From Verrucomicrobiota bacterium (GTDB lineage: Bacteria > Verrucomicrobiota > Verrucomicrobiia > Limisphaerales > PALSA-1396), in assembly GCA_016200005.1 (NCBI GenBank), contig JACQFP010000006.1, forward strand, positions 216,929 through 280,928: a DNA stretch of 64,000 nt, given 5' to 3'. Made by a program: the position numbers and the translations under genes. Numbering within the stretch: position 1 is the first letter of the stretch; every line of letters starts with the position of its first letter. The notes under the pieces were generated by a model. That model was not told where the DNA came from and ran no database searches. It was given only the letters and a program-made list of their open reading frames with translations. This document shows, in pieces, positions 17,307 to 27,278 of the stretch.

Positions 17307-19487
17307 GTGAAATCATTCCTCGTCCTTTTTGCCGCAAGTATCCTCGCTACCGCGAGTTTGAATGCCGTTGAGCAGGTGTCCTCTGCGCCACCGATCGGAC
17401 AGCCGGGTCAATTGGCGCGCTACCGTCACGAAATGGAATCGGGCTTGCGCGGCTCCGTGATAAAAACCTACACGCTCGCACTGGGACCAATCGAACAAAA
17501 GGCGGGCGCAATTCATCAATGGATGTTTTTGCTTGCGACGAAGGCGAACGGAGATCAGTTCCGCGTCTGGCTTCTCAGCGCCGGGTTTCCGCCTCCGACG
17601 CTGAAGGCCGCACAACAAAGAATCGCACGTTACATTTTTCAGGAAGGCGACGCGCAACCCTCGGAATTTAGAAATCGTTTCACGGGTGATGCGGTGTTAC
17701 CGACTCAAGGCGGTTGGCAATACCTGTTGCCCCGTGAAATCGCAAGCGACGCCAGCCAGAAGCAGGTTGAAATCTTCCCGCAACAAACGGCTTACCTTGG
17801 ACATCGTTACAAACTCGAAACGGTGGAAGCGGCGACTAATGCCACGCCTCCGAACGCCAGACGGGTCGAACTTCTCCCGGATGTGCTGATCGGTGTGCCT
17901 TCCAACACCCGCACGAAGAACAACGCGCGCCGTTACGACAATTCCAACTACGAAACGGCGAAACTCACACAAGCAGATTACCAAGAGATGGCCGAGGCCG
18001 GGATTAATTGTGTTCGCGTGGATGCCGAACAGCTTCGTTGGATGGACGGTCTCAATATTTTTTATTGGGGCGTCGGCGGAAACGATGTCCCTTATCCAGA
18101 AAGTCTTTACCGGAGTTGTTATCTCGGCCCGTCCTTGTTCCTCGATGAGCCGGCGGTCACCACCAGAGATTATGTGATCCGCCCGAAATTGGAGAAGGAC
18201 GCGGCCTTTCGGAAGGCGTTGACGCCGCAAACGGTTTTCGAAGCGTTTCAAGAGCACTTTCGCCATGTCGTGCAGGAAGGCGCGCCGACGAGTCTGCTCA
18301 AAGGGTTAAAAGCGCACACTGATGTGGATGTTGGGAATATGCAGTTCGCACAGGAGAATCTTTACAGTTGGGAAACGATGGTCAGCACGGCCGCGTATCA
18401 ATTGTCCCAAGCGCCTCATGTTCCGGCGGCGATGGTTTTCGAACCGCCCGGTCGGGTTGGAACTCTGCGGACGCTGCCCGAGATGAACATGACCTACGGG
18501 TGCCAACTGCCGGTGGACAACCCAAAGAATTTTGCCGACATCATCTACGGTTTCTTGCGCGGCGCGGCGCGAGTGACGGACAAGAGCTGGGGCACGAGCA
18601 TCTACGGTGCGGTGGACCAGGCGGACTCATTTTGGTTTCTGACTCACGCTTACGACCTCGGCGCCACGCGTTTTTTCTTTTGGGACAATGGCCCCACGGC
18701 CAGCGTCACTTACGGTGAATGTCTCGCGCTGGCGCGGAATCTCCAGACACACGCCAGAAACTTTCCGCAGCGAGATTTGCCTCGACTCAATCGTGCGGCT
18801 GAAGTCGCCATTCTCCTGCCGCCGGGCTACAACCTCGGCCATGTGCACCTGGGAAAGGGCAGTCTTTGGGGACTCGGCGAACTCAATTTGGAGCGCGTGA
18901 ACCGGAAAGGCGTAAAGTATCGCGCTGTAATGAGCAACTTTTTCACGGAGATTGAGCGGTGTCTTCGGCTCGGTGTCGCGTTTGATCTGCTTTGGGATTT
19001 GCCCGGGATTCATCCATCGGGATACCGCGAAGTCGTGCGCATTCGAGAAGATGGGAAAGTGGAAGTTGAGCAGGACAGAAAGCGTAGTCTGCTGAACAAA
19101 GCGCGTGTGCCGGCGCGCCCGCCGGGAATCCCACCCGGACTTGCGGTCAAGCTATCGGCCAGGGAAGGAAAAGCGCCGTTGGAAATCACGGCGCGAGCGA
19201 GCGTCGCTGAAAAGTCCGCACCGGTTTTTTACACCTATGGCACGGACACCGAAGGCGTCTATCACAATGCCGTGGTGGCGTGGGAGATTTACGGCCCGGG
19301 TGAGGAAGATTATCGCCACCTTCAACCCGCCGGTCTGAAACCCCGTGTCACGCGAAAGGATTCGAGTTATGATGTGACCGTCAATTTTACACTGAACCGA
19401 CCCGGTCACTACCGGCTTCGCACGGCGACCGTTGACCTAGCCGGGCGCAGCACCGTTACCTGGACGCCCATGGTTGTCGCAGAATGA
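17307..19487 (+). CDS. hypothetical secreted protein (726 aa)
   Basis: GTG start with signal peptide KSFLVLFAASILATASLNA. Long uninterrupted ORF with normal-looking composition. No motif recognised. Confidence 0.6.
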   Translation: MKSFLVLFAASILATASLNAVEQVSSAPPIGQPGQLARYRHEMESGLRGSVIKTYTLALGPIEQKAGAIHQWMFLLATKANGDQFRVWLLSAGFPPPTLKAAQQRIARYIFQEGDAQPSEFRNRFTGDAVLPTQGGWQYLLPREIASDASQKQVEIFPQQTAYLGHRYKLETVEAATNATPPNARRVELLPDVLIGVPSNTRTKNNARRYDNSNYETAKLTQADYQEMAEAGINCVRVDAEQLRWMDGLNIFYWGVGGNDVPYPESLYRSCYLGPSLFLDEPAVTTRDYVIRPKLEKDAAFRKALTPQTVFEAFQEHFRHVVQEGAPTSLLKGLKAHTDVDVGNMQFAQENLYSWETMVSTAAYQLSQAPHVPAAMVFEPPGRVGTLRTLPEMNMTYGCQLPVDNPKNFADIIYGFLRGAARVTDKSWGTSIYGAVDQADSFWFLTHAYDLGATRFFFWDNGPTASVTYGECLALARNLQTHARNFPQRDLPRLNRAAEVAILLPPGYNLGHVHLGKGSLWGLGELNLERVNRKGVKYRAVMSNFFTEIERCLRLGVAFDLLWDLPGIHPSGYREVVRIREDGKVEVEQDRKRSLLNKARVPARPPGIPPGLAVKLSAREGKAPLEITARASVAEKSAPVFYTYGTDTEGVYHNAVVAWEIYGPGEEDYRHLQPAGLKPRVTRKDSSYDVTVNFTLNRPGHYRLRTATVDLAGRSTVTWTPMVVAE

Positions 19488-19563
19488 AATGCGGGAGGAT
19501 CGCTACTTCCGCTCGCCGCCCACCTTGATTATTTCCAACTCCTCCCAGCGCGAATACGGCAAA

Positions 19564-20034
19564 TCAGTCATCTTCTCGAATCAATCGTTGCGCCCTTATC
19601 TCTCCGCGGTTGCAAAAACGACAGTGGCAAAATGGTTTCTTACCTTTTGCGTCAGGGTAATAGCGCCATCCAACGATTCTTGGCGCAGGATAAATCCGAA
19701 AGATTTCTTTGGGCAGAATCTTTCGATCAAATACAACCTCCAGTCCCATTGGGCCAGTGTGATTTGCCACAGTTGCCACCGATTCGGCTGCAGTCATCGA
19801 AAGCTTCTCGCCGTTATACATTCCAACCGAAACCACCTCGTCATCAGGAACACGAAACTGAACACATATCAATGACTTTACTCCAGTGCGCTTCAATTCA
19901 CGCGCCCACTGGTGTGTGACCGAAAAATCCTTCGTGACAGGAATACTGAACACGCCCCTCTTCCCAGCCTTGATGCCATTCCTTTCAATCAACCGCTTAT
20001 TCTTTGCGTCAGCAAGATGTATGAAGGAAGCCAT
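19564..20034 (-). CDS. hypothetical protein with C-terminal CHCRFC motif, lower-GC
   Basis: ATG at 20034 lies 2 nt after the ABC-F stop (TAAtcATG), giving MASFIHLADAKNKRLIERNGIK.... The sequence looks more A/T-rich than its neighbours by eye. Confidence 0.5.
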   Translation of the reverse strand: MASFIHLADAKNKRLIERNGIKAGKRGVFSIPVTKDFSVTHQWARELKRTGVKSLICVQFRVPDDEVVSVGMYNGEKLSMTAAESVATVANHTGPMGLEVVFDRKILPKEIFRIYPAPRIVGWRYYPDAKGKKPFCHCRFCNRGEIRAQRLIREDD

Positions 20035-20036
20035 GA

Positions 20037-21947
20037 TTAGGTAATCGACGAAGCTGACGTCGCCTTGATCGTTTCCAACTCTTCCCACCGCGCATAAAGC
20101 TTCGCAAGCTTTTCCTTTGCGGCGGCGAGGTCGGAGGTGAGTTGGTTGGTTTGCGTCGCGTGCGTGCGATGAAATTCTGGCGAAGCGAACAGCCCTTCGA
20201 TGTGGGCGATCTCTTCGTCAACGGCGTGAATTTGCGCCTCCATGCCTTCAAGTTCGCGCGCTTCCTTGAAGGAGAGTTTGCGCGCCTTCGTTATTTTCGT
20301 AGCCGCCTCCCCTGAGGGTGCGGATGGCTTGTTCAAGGCGACAATGACCGCGCTCTCACGAGACGCGGCTACAACGGAGCGTTGCCTTTTCTCCAGATAA
20401 TAATCGTAGTCGCCGACGCTGTGATGGATTTTGCCGTCGCCTTCAAACGCCAGCACGTCGGTACAAACGCGGTTCAGGAAATAACGGTCGTGACTCACCA
20501 CGCACACCACGCCTGGGAACGCGATCAGCGCTTCTTCCAACACGCGCAATGTCGGCAGATCGAGATCGTTGGTCGGCTCGTCGAGGATAAGAAAGTTGCC
20601 GCCGTTTTTCAAAACGCGCGCCAGCAGCAACCGGCTGCGCTCGCCGCCAGATAGATACTTCACCTGCGTCATGATGCGCTCGTCCGCAAACAGAAACCGC
20701 CTCAGATACGAGCGCACCGAAATCTTACCATCACCGAAGATGACGAACTCCGTGCCGTCGCTGACCTCCTCCAGCGCCGTGCGTTCCTCGCGCAACTGCA
20801 GCCGGCCCTGGTCCACGTAATTGAACTTGGTGAGCTGGCCAACTTTGACCGTGCCTTCAGTGGGTTTGAGTTCAGCGATGATGACCTTGAGCAACGTGGT
20901 TTTGCCGAGGCCATTCTGCCCGCAAACGCCGATGCGCTGGCCGTTCTCGAACGTGAAACTGAATCCGCGAAACAACGTCCGCCCGGCAAGGTCCATGCCG
21001 AGATTGCTCAACTCGACGACGCGATTGCCCAGTTGTGGCGGCGGTGGAATGCAAAGTTCAACGTCTTCCTCGACTGTCGGCCCATCCTGCGCGGCGGTTT
21101 CGTAGTAACGCTCGAAACGGTTCTTCTGTTTGCTGCGCTGCGCGCGCGCGCCCTGACGAACCCACGCGAGTTCCTTTTTCAAAAACATCTGGCGCTTGTG
21201 TTCGATGGTCGCGTCGGCTTCCTGGCGTTCAGCTTTTGCCAGCAGGTAATCGGTGTAGTTGCCGTCGTGTGAGAAAAAGCGACCATCCGACATCTCGACC
21301 ATGCGTTTCGCAACGCGGTCGAGGAAATAGCGATCGTGGGTGACGACCAGATACGTGCCGTGGAACTCGTCGAGAAAGTCCGCAACCCAATCAATGGATT
21401 TCGGATCGAGATGGTTTGTCGGTTCGTCCAGAATCAGAAAGTCAGGCAACGAGACAATCGCACGGCACATCGCCACTCGCCGTTTCTCGCCGCCGGAAAG
21501 CGTGTCAATGCGCCGGTCAGCAGCCGGACAATTCAAGTGCGACATCGCCGTGGCAATGCGCTGATCCAACGACCAACCTTCCAGCGCTTGAATGCGATGT
21601 TCAAGTTCCTCGTGTCGCTTTGAGTCGTGAGGCAGCGATTCAAACTCCGCGATCAAATCGAGCACCGGCTTCGCGCCGTCGCGAATGTTCTCCTCGACCG
21701 ACTTAGCCGCATCGAGCATGAAATCCTGCGGCAGGTAACTGACAACGAGATCGCGCCGTCGCTTGACATTGCCGCTGTCAGGCGATTGCAACCCGGCGAG
21801 GATGCGGAGGAACGTCGTCTTGCCACAACCGTTGCGCCCAACCAGCCCGATGCGATCGCCCTCTTCAATACCGAGCGTGGCGCTGTCGAGAATGGCACGC
21901 TCCCCGTAGCGCACAACGAGGTCAGTGGCGGTGAGGATCGAAGCCAT
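20037..21947 (-). CDS. ABC-F family ATPase (Uup/EttA-type, two ABC domains plus C-terminal coiled coil)
   Basis: Two Walker A motifs (GRNGCGKTT, GQNGLGKTT), two LSGGE signatures and two ILDEPTN Walker B motifs. No TM domain. Confidence 0.9.
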   Translation of the reverse strand: MASILTATDLVVRYGERAILDSATLGIEEGDRIGLVGRNGCGKTTFLRILAGLQSPDSGNVKRRRDLVVSYLPQDFMLDAAKSVEENIRDGAKPVLDLIAEFESLPHDSKRHEELEHRIQALEGWSLDQRIATAMSHLNCPAADRRIDTLSGGEKRRVAMCRAIVSLPDFLILDEPTNHLDPKSIDWVADFLDEFHGTYLVVTHDRYFLDRVAKRMVEMSDGRFFSHDGNYTDYLLAKAERQEADATIEHKRQMFLKKELAWVRQGARAQRSKQKNRFERYYETAAQDGPTVEEDVELCIPPPPQLGNRVVELSNLGMDLAGRTLFRGFSFTFENGQRIGVCGQNGLGKTTLLKVIIAELKPTEGTVKVGQLTKFNYVDQGRLQLREERTALEEVSDGTEFVIFGDGKISVRSYLRRFLFADERIMTQVKYLSGGERSRLLLARVLKNGGNFLILDEPTNDLDLPTLRVLEEALIAFPGVVCVVSHDRYFLNRVCTDVLAFEGDGKIHHSVGDYDYYLEKRQRSVVAASRESAVIVALNKPSAPSGEAATKITKARKLSFKEARELEGMEAQIHAVDEEIAHIEGLFASPEFHRTHATQTNQLTSDLAAAKEKLAKLYARWEELETIKATSASSIT

Positions 21948-21953
21948 GCGAAA

Positions 21954-23663
21954 CTATTCCCTCGCCGTCTGCGCTGGAAGAGCCGAGAGCGGGACAAGCT
22001 TGTTCGTCTCGCTGAAATAATTTGCCGACCACTCGTTCTGAAACAGCGCCACGGGGTTCTTGCCAATGTCGTAGGCGAGCTTTGCGCCGGTCGGCAGCGA
22101 AAGGGCGTCGAGGTCGTCCTCCTTCAGGTCGGGCGGCAGCCAGCGCACGACCGTCCACGGGGCAGATTCAAGGCGTGACACCGCGCCGTATTCGCTTTCG
22201 AGACGGAATTGCACGACTTCGAATTGCAGTGGGCCAACCGCTGCGAGCAACGGCGTTTTCACCGATGAGTTGCGCAGATAAAGCGCCTGGATCACGCCCT
22301 CCTGCAAAAGCTGTTCGAGGCCCTGGCGGAATTGTTTGAACTTCGCGGTGTTCGGATTGTGCAGGTGCGCGAAGGCTTCGGGTGTGAAGCGCGGGATTTC
22401 CTTGTAGAGAATCTTGGGGTCGGTGGTGAGCGTGTCGCCGATGCCGAAGCTGTCGTGGCCGACGAGGCCGATGACGTCGCCGGGCCACGCCTCGTCCACC
22501 GTTTCGCGTTCGTTGCCGAAGAGTTTGTGCGAACTGGAGAGGCGAACTTTCTTCTCGGAGCGCGAGTGATGCACGGTCATGTCGCGCTCGAATTTGCCGG
22601 AGCAGACGCGGACAAACACGATGCGGTCGCGGTGCTTCGGGTCCATGTTCGCCTGAATCTTGAAGATGAACCCGGAGAACGCGGAATGCTCGGGAGGAAT
22701 GTAGCCGCCGACGTGAGGAGGCGGATTGGTTTGTTCACCGTTTCTGCCACCAGGCACGTTCCGCCTCGTCACCTCGGCGGCTACGAGGGCATTTCGCCCT
22801 TTCGGACCCGGCGCGTGTTTCAAGAAACCATCCAAGAGTAACTGCACACCGAAATTATTGAGGGCGCTGCCGAAAAACACCGGCGTGGTTTTGTCCGCCA
22901 GCACCGCGGTGTCATCCCAGTCGTGCCCGGCGTGTTCGAGCATTTCCAGTTCTTCGACCGTGTGATGGAACGTTCCGTCGTCGAGCCGACCGCGGATGAG
23001 TTCGTCATGCAATCCGCCGACCTGCACCGGCGCGCGGTATTGGCCGCCGACCGTGCGCTCGAAGAGGTGCATCTGTTGCGTCTGCCGATCGAACACGCCC
23101 TGGAACTCGAAGCCGTTGCCGATGGGCCAGTTCACGGGGAACGCGCCGATGCCGAGCACGCGCTCCAGTTCATCGAGCAACGCGAGCGGGTCTTTCATCG
23201 GGCGATCGCACTTGTTCATGAATGTGAAGATCGGCACGCCGCGCTGGCGGCAGACCTCGAAGAGCTTGCGCGTCTGCGGCTCGATGCCTTTGGCCGAATC
23301 AATCACCATCACCACCGAATCCACGGCGGTGAGGACGCGATAGGTGTCCTCGGAAAAATCCTTGTGACCCGGCGTGTCGAGCAGGTTGAGGCGGTAACCG
23401 TTGTAATCAAACTGCAAAACCGTGGAGCTGATCGAAATGCCGCGCTTCTTTTCCAGTTCCATCCAGTCGGACGTGGTGGCGCGCTGGTTTTTACGCGCCG
23501 TGACCGAGCCGGCGAGTTGCACCGCGCCGCCGTACAGCAGCAGCTTTTCCGTCAACGTGGTTTTACCCGCGTCCGGATGCGAGATGATGGCGAACGTGCG
23601 CCGCTTCGAGATTTCTTCCGTAATGCTCACAATCGAGCCGCAGAAGGTAGCAGACCGGTGCAT
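21954..23663 (-). CDS. prfC: peptide chain release factor 3
   Basis: RRTFAIISHPDAGKTTLTEKLLLYGG, DTPGHKDF, NKCDR, FKIQANMDPKHRDRIVFVRVCSG. Start set at ATG 23663 (a GTG slightly downstream is possible). Contains an 84-bp in-frame repeat. Confidence 0.9.
   Translation of the reverse strand: MHRSATFCGSIVSITEEISKRRTFAIISHPDAGKTTLTEKLLLYGGAVQLAGSVTARKNQRATTSDWMELEKKRGISISSTVLQFDYNGYRLNLLDTPGHKDFSEDTYRVLTAVDSVVMVIDSAKGIEPQTRKLFEVCRQRGVPIFTFMNKCDRPMKDPLALLDELERVLGIGAFPVNWPIGNGFEFQGVFDRQTQQMHLFERTVGGQYRAPVQVGGLHDELIRGRLDDGTFHHTVEELEMLEHAGHDWDDTAVLADKTTPVFFGSALNNFGVQLLLDGFLKHAPGPKGRNALVAAEVTRRNVPGGRNGEQTNPPPHVGGYIPPEHSAFSGFIFKIQANMDPKHRDRIVFVRVCSGKFERDMTVHHSRSEKKVRLSSSHKLFGNERETVDEAWPGDVIGLVGHDSFGIGDTLTTDPKILYKEIPRFTPEAFAHLHNPNTAKFKQFRQGLEQLLQEGVIQALYLRNSSVKTPLLAAVGPLQFEVVQFRLESEYGAVSRLESAPWTVVRWLPPDLKEDDLDALSLPTGAKLAYDIGKNPVALFQNEWSANYFSETNKLVPLSALPAQTARE
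22701..22784. repeat. family C palindromic element inserted in-frame in prfC
   Basis: GTAGCCGCCGACGTGAGGAGGCGGA (22701-22725) and TCCGCCTCGTCACCTCGGCGGCTAC (22760-22784) are inverted repeats (23/25 match). At 84 bp (28 codons) it is translated as VAAEVTRRNVPGGRNGEQTNPPPHVGGY. Confidence 0.85.
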
Positions 23664-23736
23664 CACGACCAAGCAAGATTGGCCGCGGATCGAGATGCTC
23701 CGGGAAATCGGTAGGCACTTCCGTTCTCGCCGCGGA

Positions 23737-24927
23737 TCATTCGTTCTCAACCTGCAACACTTTGGGCAGCACAAAGCACGACCAGACCAGCACGCCGGCA
23801 ATCCAGATGACCGCGCCCCAATTGTAATGAGAAACCGTGATCTTCGGCCAGAAATCTCCGCTGATACGCGTCGCCATACCCAGGAGCATCAAGGCCACGG
23901 CGACCAGCATCCACCGGTTTCGTCCGCGCAACTTTTCCAGATTGCCGCTATGTCCGAACACGACGCGAGTCGCGACCGTAAATGTGACCACCGCAAAACC
24001 GCCAATCAAAGTCAGGTGCAGCAAGCTGACCCGAAAGGAGGGCCAAAGCGTAATTGCGACAAACCCGCTGACCAAGGCGGCGAATGCAATGCGCAAAGAC
24101 GCCCCGAGCGCATTGCTGAGCTTTGGTGCCTGGCGAAACGGAAATTCAAACGCCAGATAAACCAAAGTCGTCGCAAAACGGACCGCATGCGCCGTGCGAA
24201 ACCATCCTTCCACCTCCATGAAGAATGAAGCCACGATCAAACCACCGGCGACGAGGGCCAATGCCGCCTTCTTCTTCCACGCCGCTGCGGGCGCCATGCT
24301 TTCAGGAAAATCGTGCGGGCTGGGCAGCCCAAAAAATCGCGGCAGAATGAACGGGCCGATGCCGAGGATTGGAAGCAGAACGAATCCTTGATAACATAAC
24401 AGCCGTTGCAGACTGACCCAGTACGCGCCCGCCTCGTCTCCCCCAGGTTGAAACACCGCCAGCAAAGTTCCCGCGGCGACGCACAAGAAGGCCAGACCGA
24501 CCAGCACAAATCCGGGTGGTGGCGTGTCCTTACGATGGCTTGCCCGCCTAAATATCAGGACGGCGAAGAAACTGAGCAGCGCGAGAAATAAGCTGTCGCC
24601 CCAAATAATCTTCTGCATTGCGAAAGCGACAACCATGGACAGATGCAGCCCCAGGAGCAGCAGCACATTTCGAAGCCCAAGCGGCGGCGCCGACAGCATG
24701 CGGGGCATGGCCGTTCCCAGAAATCCAAACATAAATCCGCCAAAAAGCCCGTAGGCCATGATGCGGGCGTGTGCCTGGCCCGGGTAAAGGCTGATTAGTC
24801 CGCCAAAATGCAGTGGCCAAAGACTGACGCCAACGATTCCCGCCAGCACTCCTTCGGGGAAGAAAAGGCGGAACGGTTCTTTGCCGACGTCGCTCCATGT
24901 AATCTGTTTTGCCTGGTTCACATCCAT
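23737..24927 (-). CDS. nnrS: NnrS family membrane protein
   Basis: Polytopic membrane protein (~12 TM) with the N-terminal EPFRLFFPEG motif typical of NnrS. Confidence 0.75.
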   Translation of the reverse strand: MDVNQAKQITWSDVGKEPFRLFFPEGVLAGIVGVSLWPLHFGGLISLYPGQAHARIMAYGLFGGFMFGFLGTAMPRMLSAPPLGLRNVLLLLGLHLSMVVAFAMQKIIWGDSLFLALLSFFAVLIFRRASHRKDTPPPGFVLVGLAFLCVAAGTLLAVFQPGGDEAGAYWVSLQRLLCYQGFVLLPILGIGPFILPRFFGLPSPHDFPESMAPAAAWKKKAALALVAGGLIVASFFMEVEGWFRTAHAVRFATTLVYLAFEFPFRQAPKLSNALGASLRIAFAALVSGFVAITLWPSFRVSLLHLTLIGGFAVVTFTVATRVVFGHSGNLEKLRGRNRWMLVAVALMLLGMATRISGDFWPKITVSHYNWGAVIWIAGVLVWSCFVLPKVLQVENE

Positions 24928-25239
24928 ATTCTTGCTTACAGTCTTGATGACGCTGCTGCTATTCCCAAGTTCAAATCACGCGCCCTCAACGCTCCCTTTG
25001 CCGGGGGCGAAACCTTTTTCCAGGAAAGACATATGTTTGGCTGCGGGGCGCGCAAAAGACGTGCAAAGGTTACACGCAGAAACTTCGTTCGGAACACGGT
25101 AAAACGTCCAGTTCTGCAACGCCCGGATCAGCACTTCCTGAATCACGTCTCCGGCGAAGCGAACGTATTCGACCACTCGGGAGGATTCCGGCGCCTGCCC
25201 CTTCTCGGGTGCGATTCGTTTTGCTTCGATTCCGTGGCT

Positions 25240-25536
25240 TCAACCTCCAGCCATCGCCCCGACAATCAGAAACGGTTCCGCGCCATTGACGACTTCTTCG
25301 GGCAACTTCGTCTCTGGTGATTCGAGCGACAGGTCTTCTTTGCAGGCGAAAAACCTGATGAATGGCCGGCGCTTCAACGTGTCGTGGTCGCGGATTGTGC
25401 CTCGCAGCACCGGATACTGGACTTCGAGCGCATCGAGCACCGAGCGCAGCGTGACCGGATTCTCGACTTCAAGCTCAACCTCGCCATCCAGGTGCGCCAG
25501 GTTGCGCAGATGATATGGAAGCACCACGCGAATCAT
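25240..25536 (-). CDS. MoaD/ThiS-like ubiquitin-fold protein ending in Gly-Gly
   Basis: 98 aa from ATG 25536: [24 protein letters not shown]...IVGAMAGG*. Beta-grasp size with a C-terminal GG. Confidence 0.6.
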   Translation of the reverse strand: MIRVVLPYHLRNLAHLDGEVELEVENPVTLRSVLDALEVQYPVLRGTIRDHDTLKRRPFIRFFACKEDLSLESPETKLPEEVVNGAEPFLIVGAMAGG

Positions 25537-25675
25537 GAGAAAAGTTCCAAGCTCCAACATCCAAGCTCCAGAGAAATACCAAGCGCCAAATACCAAAGCA
25601 AACAAGCGCCAGCAGGTGATTCGGTGGTGGGTGCCCGGTGCTTCCCTGGAGCTTGGTGCTTGGGATTTGATGCTT

Positions 25676-26845
25676 TCATTTCAGCGTTTGCACTTCCACC
25701 GAATAAACCGCCGGCAGATTCTGCACGACGGGCTTCCACGAGTTGCCGCTGTTCGCCGAGCAATAGACCTGCCCGCCCGTTGTGCCAAAATACACACCGC
25801 ACTTATCGAGCGAATCCACCGCCATCGCGTCGCGCAGCACGTTCATGTAACAATCCTTTTGCGGCAGTCCTTTCGTGAGCGCTTCCCATTCGTTGCCACC
25901 GGTCTTGCTGCGATACACGCGCAGTTTTCCGTCAGGCGGATAATGCAGCGAATCGCTCGTGATCGGCACGACGTAAATCGTCTCCGGTTCATGCGCGTGA
26001 ACATCAATCGGGAAGCCAAAATCCGTTGGCAAGTTTCCGCTTACCTCGGTCCATTGGTCGCCGGCGTTGTCAGTGCGGAGTACGTCCCAATGCTTCTGCA
26101 TGAACAAAACGTCTGGGCGCGACGGATGCATGGCGATGCGATGCACGCAATGGCCGACTTCCGCATCCGGGTCGGGGAGTTCGTATTGAGACTTCAGGCC
26201 GCGATTGATGGGCTTCCACGTTTTGCCACCGTCGTTAGTTCGGAAAGCGCCCGCTGCCGAGATGGCGATGTAAATGCGGTTGGGATCCTTCGGGTCGAGC
26301 AGGATGGTGTGCAACCCCATGCCACCCGCTCCGGGTTGCCAGAGGTGTCCTTTGGCTTTGCGCAAGTCGGGAAGTTCCTTCCACGTTTTACCGCCGTCAG
26401 TGGTTTTGAAGATCGCCGCGTCCTCCGCGCCGGCAATGGCCGTGTCCGGGTCGGTCAGCGACGGCTCAATATGCCAGATGCGCTTGAACTCCCACGGGTG
26501 CTGGGATCCGTCGTAAAACTTGTGCGTGCCCACCTCGCCCTCGTAGAGGAACATGTTGCTCTTGCCGCCCTTGGGAAAACCATCCGGCCCCATCAAATCC
26601 TCGAGTTTCGTTCCGGGTGGATTCCACGTTTTGCCACCGTCGTCCGAGCGCTGGATTAACTGGCCGAACCAACCGCTCGTCTGCGATGCGTAGATGCGGT
26701 TTGGATCCACAGGCGAGCCTTTAAGATGATACATCTCCCAGCCCGCGAAATGCGGCCCGCTGACTTCCCAATTCTGGCGCTTGCCGTCGGCGGTCAGAAT
26801 GAACGCGCCCTTCTTCGTGCCGACCAGTAATCGAACTTTGCTCAT
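25676..26845 (-). CDS. BNR/Asp-box beta-propeller protein (sialidase-like fold, no signal peptide)
   Basis: Repeated S/TxDxGxTW Asp-boxes ([32 protein letters not shown]). Confidence 0.75.
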   Translation of the reverse strand: MSKVRLLVGTKKGAFILTADGKRQNWEVSGPHFAGWEMYHLKGSPVDPNRIYASQTSGWFGQLIQRSDDGGKTWNPPGTKLEDLMGPDGFPKGGKSNMFLYEGEVGTHKFYDGSQHPWEFKRIWHIEPSLTDPDTAIAGAEDAAIFKTTDGGKTWKELPDLRKAKGHLWQPGAGGMGLHTILLDPKDPNRIYIAISAAGAFRTNDGGKTWKPINRGLKSQYELPDPDAEVGHCVHRIAMHPSRPDVLFMQKHWDVLRTDNAGDQWTEVSGNLPTDFGFPIDVHAHEPETIYVVPITSDSLHYPPDGKLRVYRSKTGGNEWEALTKGLPQKDCYMNVLRDAMAVDSLDKCGVYFGTTGGQVYCSANSGNSWKPVVQNLPAVYSVEVQTLK

Positions 26846-26854
26846 GGTAGTCTC

Positions 26855-27256
26855 CTATTTTGATTTGTGTTTTGTAGATTTAATCAATTTGCCCCTGGCG
26901 TCATAGACGCGCCACTCGCCGACCTTTTGGTTTTTAGCGAATCTGCCCTCGTCATATAACGCGCCGTTTGGATGGTAACGTTTCCAGACGCCCGATTTCA
27001 TTTCCGCTACGAACGAACCCGTTTGCAGCAGTTTGCCATTCTCGCGATACCATTTCCATGCGCCGGTCATTTTTCCATTAACGAATTTGCCCGCGGCCCG
27101 CAATTGTCCGTTGCGCAGATAATACTTCCACGTGCCGACTTTCGCGCCATCGCGATACTTACCGATACAAGCCAGCGAACCGTCCTTGTAATGCTCCTTG
27201 AATACGCCGCTCTTCAAGCTGCCGTCGGCGTCGCTAGCGCTTTGGTCCAACTTCAT
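26855..27256 (-). CDS. MORN-variant repeat protein (YwqK-like)
   Basis: Repeats GTWKYYLRNGQL, GAWKWYRENGKL, GVWKRYHPNGAL, GEWRVYDARGKL. Start at ATG 27256, just downstream of the DoxX stop. Confidence 0.7.
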   Translation of the reverse strand: MKLDQSASDADGSLKSGVFKEHYKDGSLACIGKYRDGAKVGTWKYYLRNGQLRAAGKFVNGKMTGAWKWYRENGKLLQTGSFVAEMKSGVWKRYHPNGALYDEGRFAKNQKVGEWRVYDARGKLIKSTKHKSK

Positions 27257-27278
27257 CGGCAACGGTCGCACAGGCAGT

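Noticed and set aside
23664-23801. Upstream extension of the prfC ORF
   Set aside because: It is Cys/Arg-rich, overlaps the NnrS gene end, and RF3 homology begins near EEISKRRTFAIISHPDAGKT.
24976-25176. 66-codon GTG-initiated ORF downstream of the MoaD-like gene
   Set aside because: No recognisable motif and it is short. It is kept only as a remark in a finding, not as a feature.
25535-26659. 374-aa plus-strand ORF
   Set aside because: It is antisense to the Asp-box propeller gene, with Arg-rich shadow composition.
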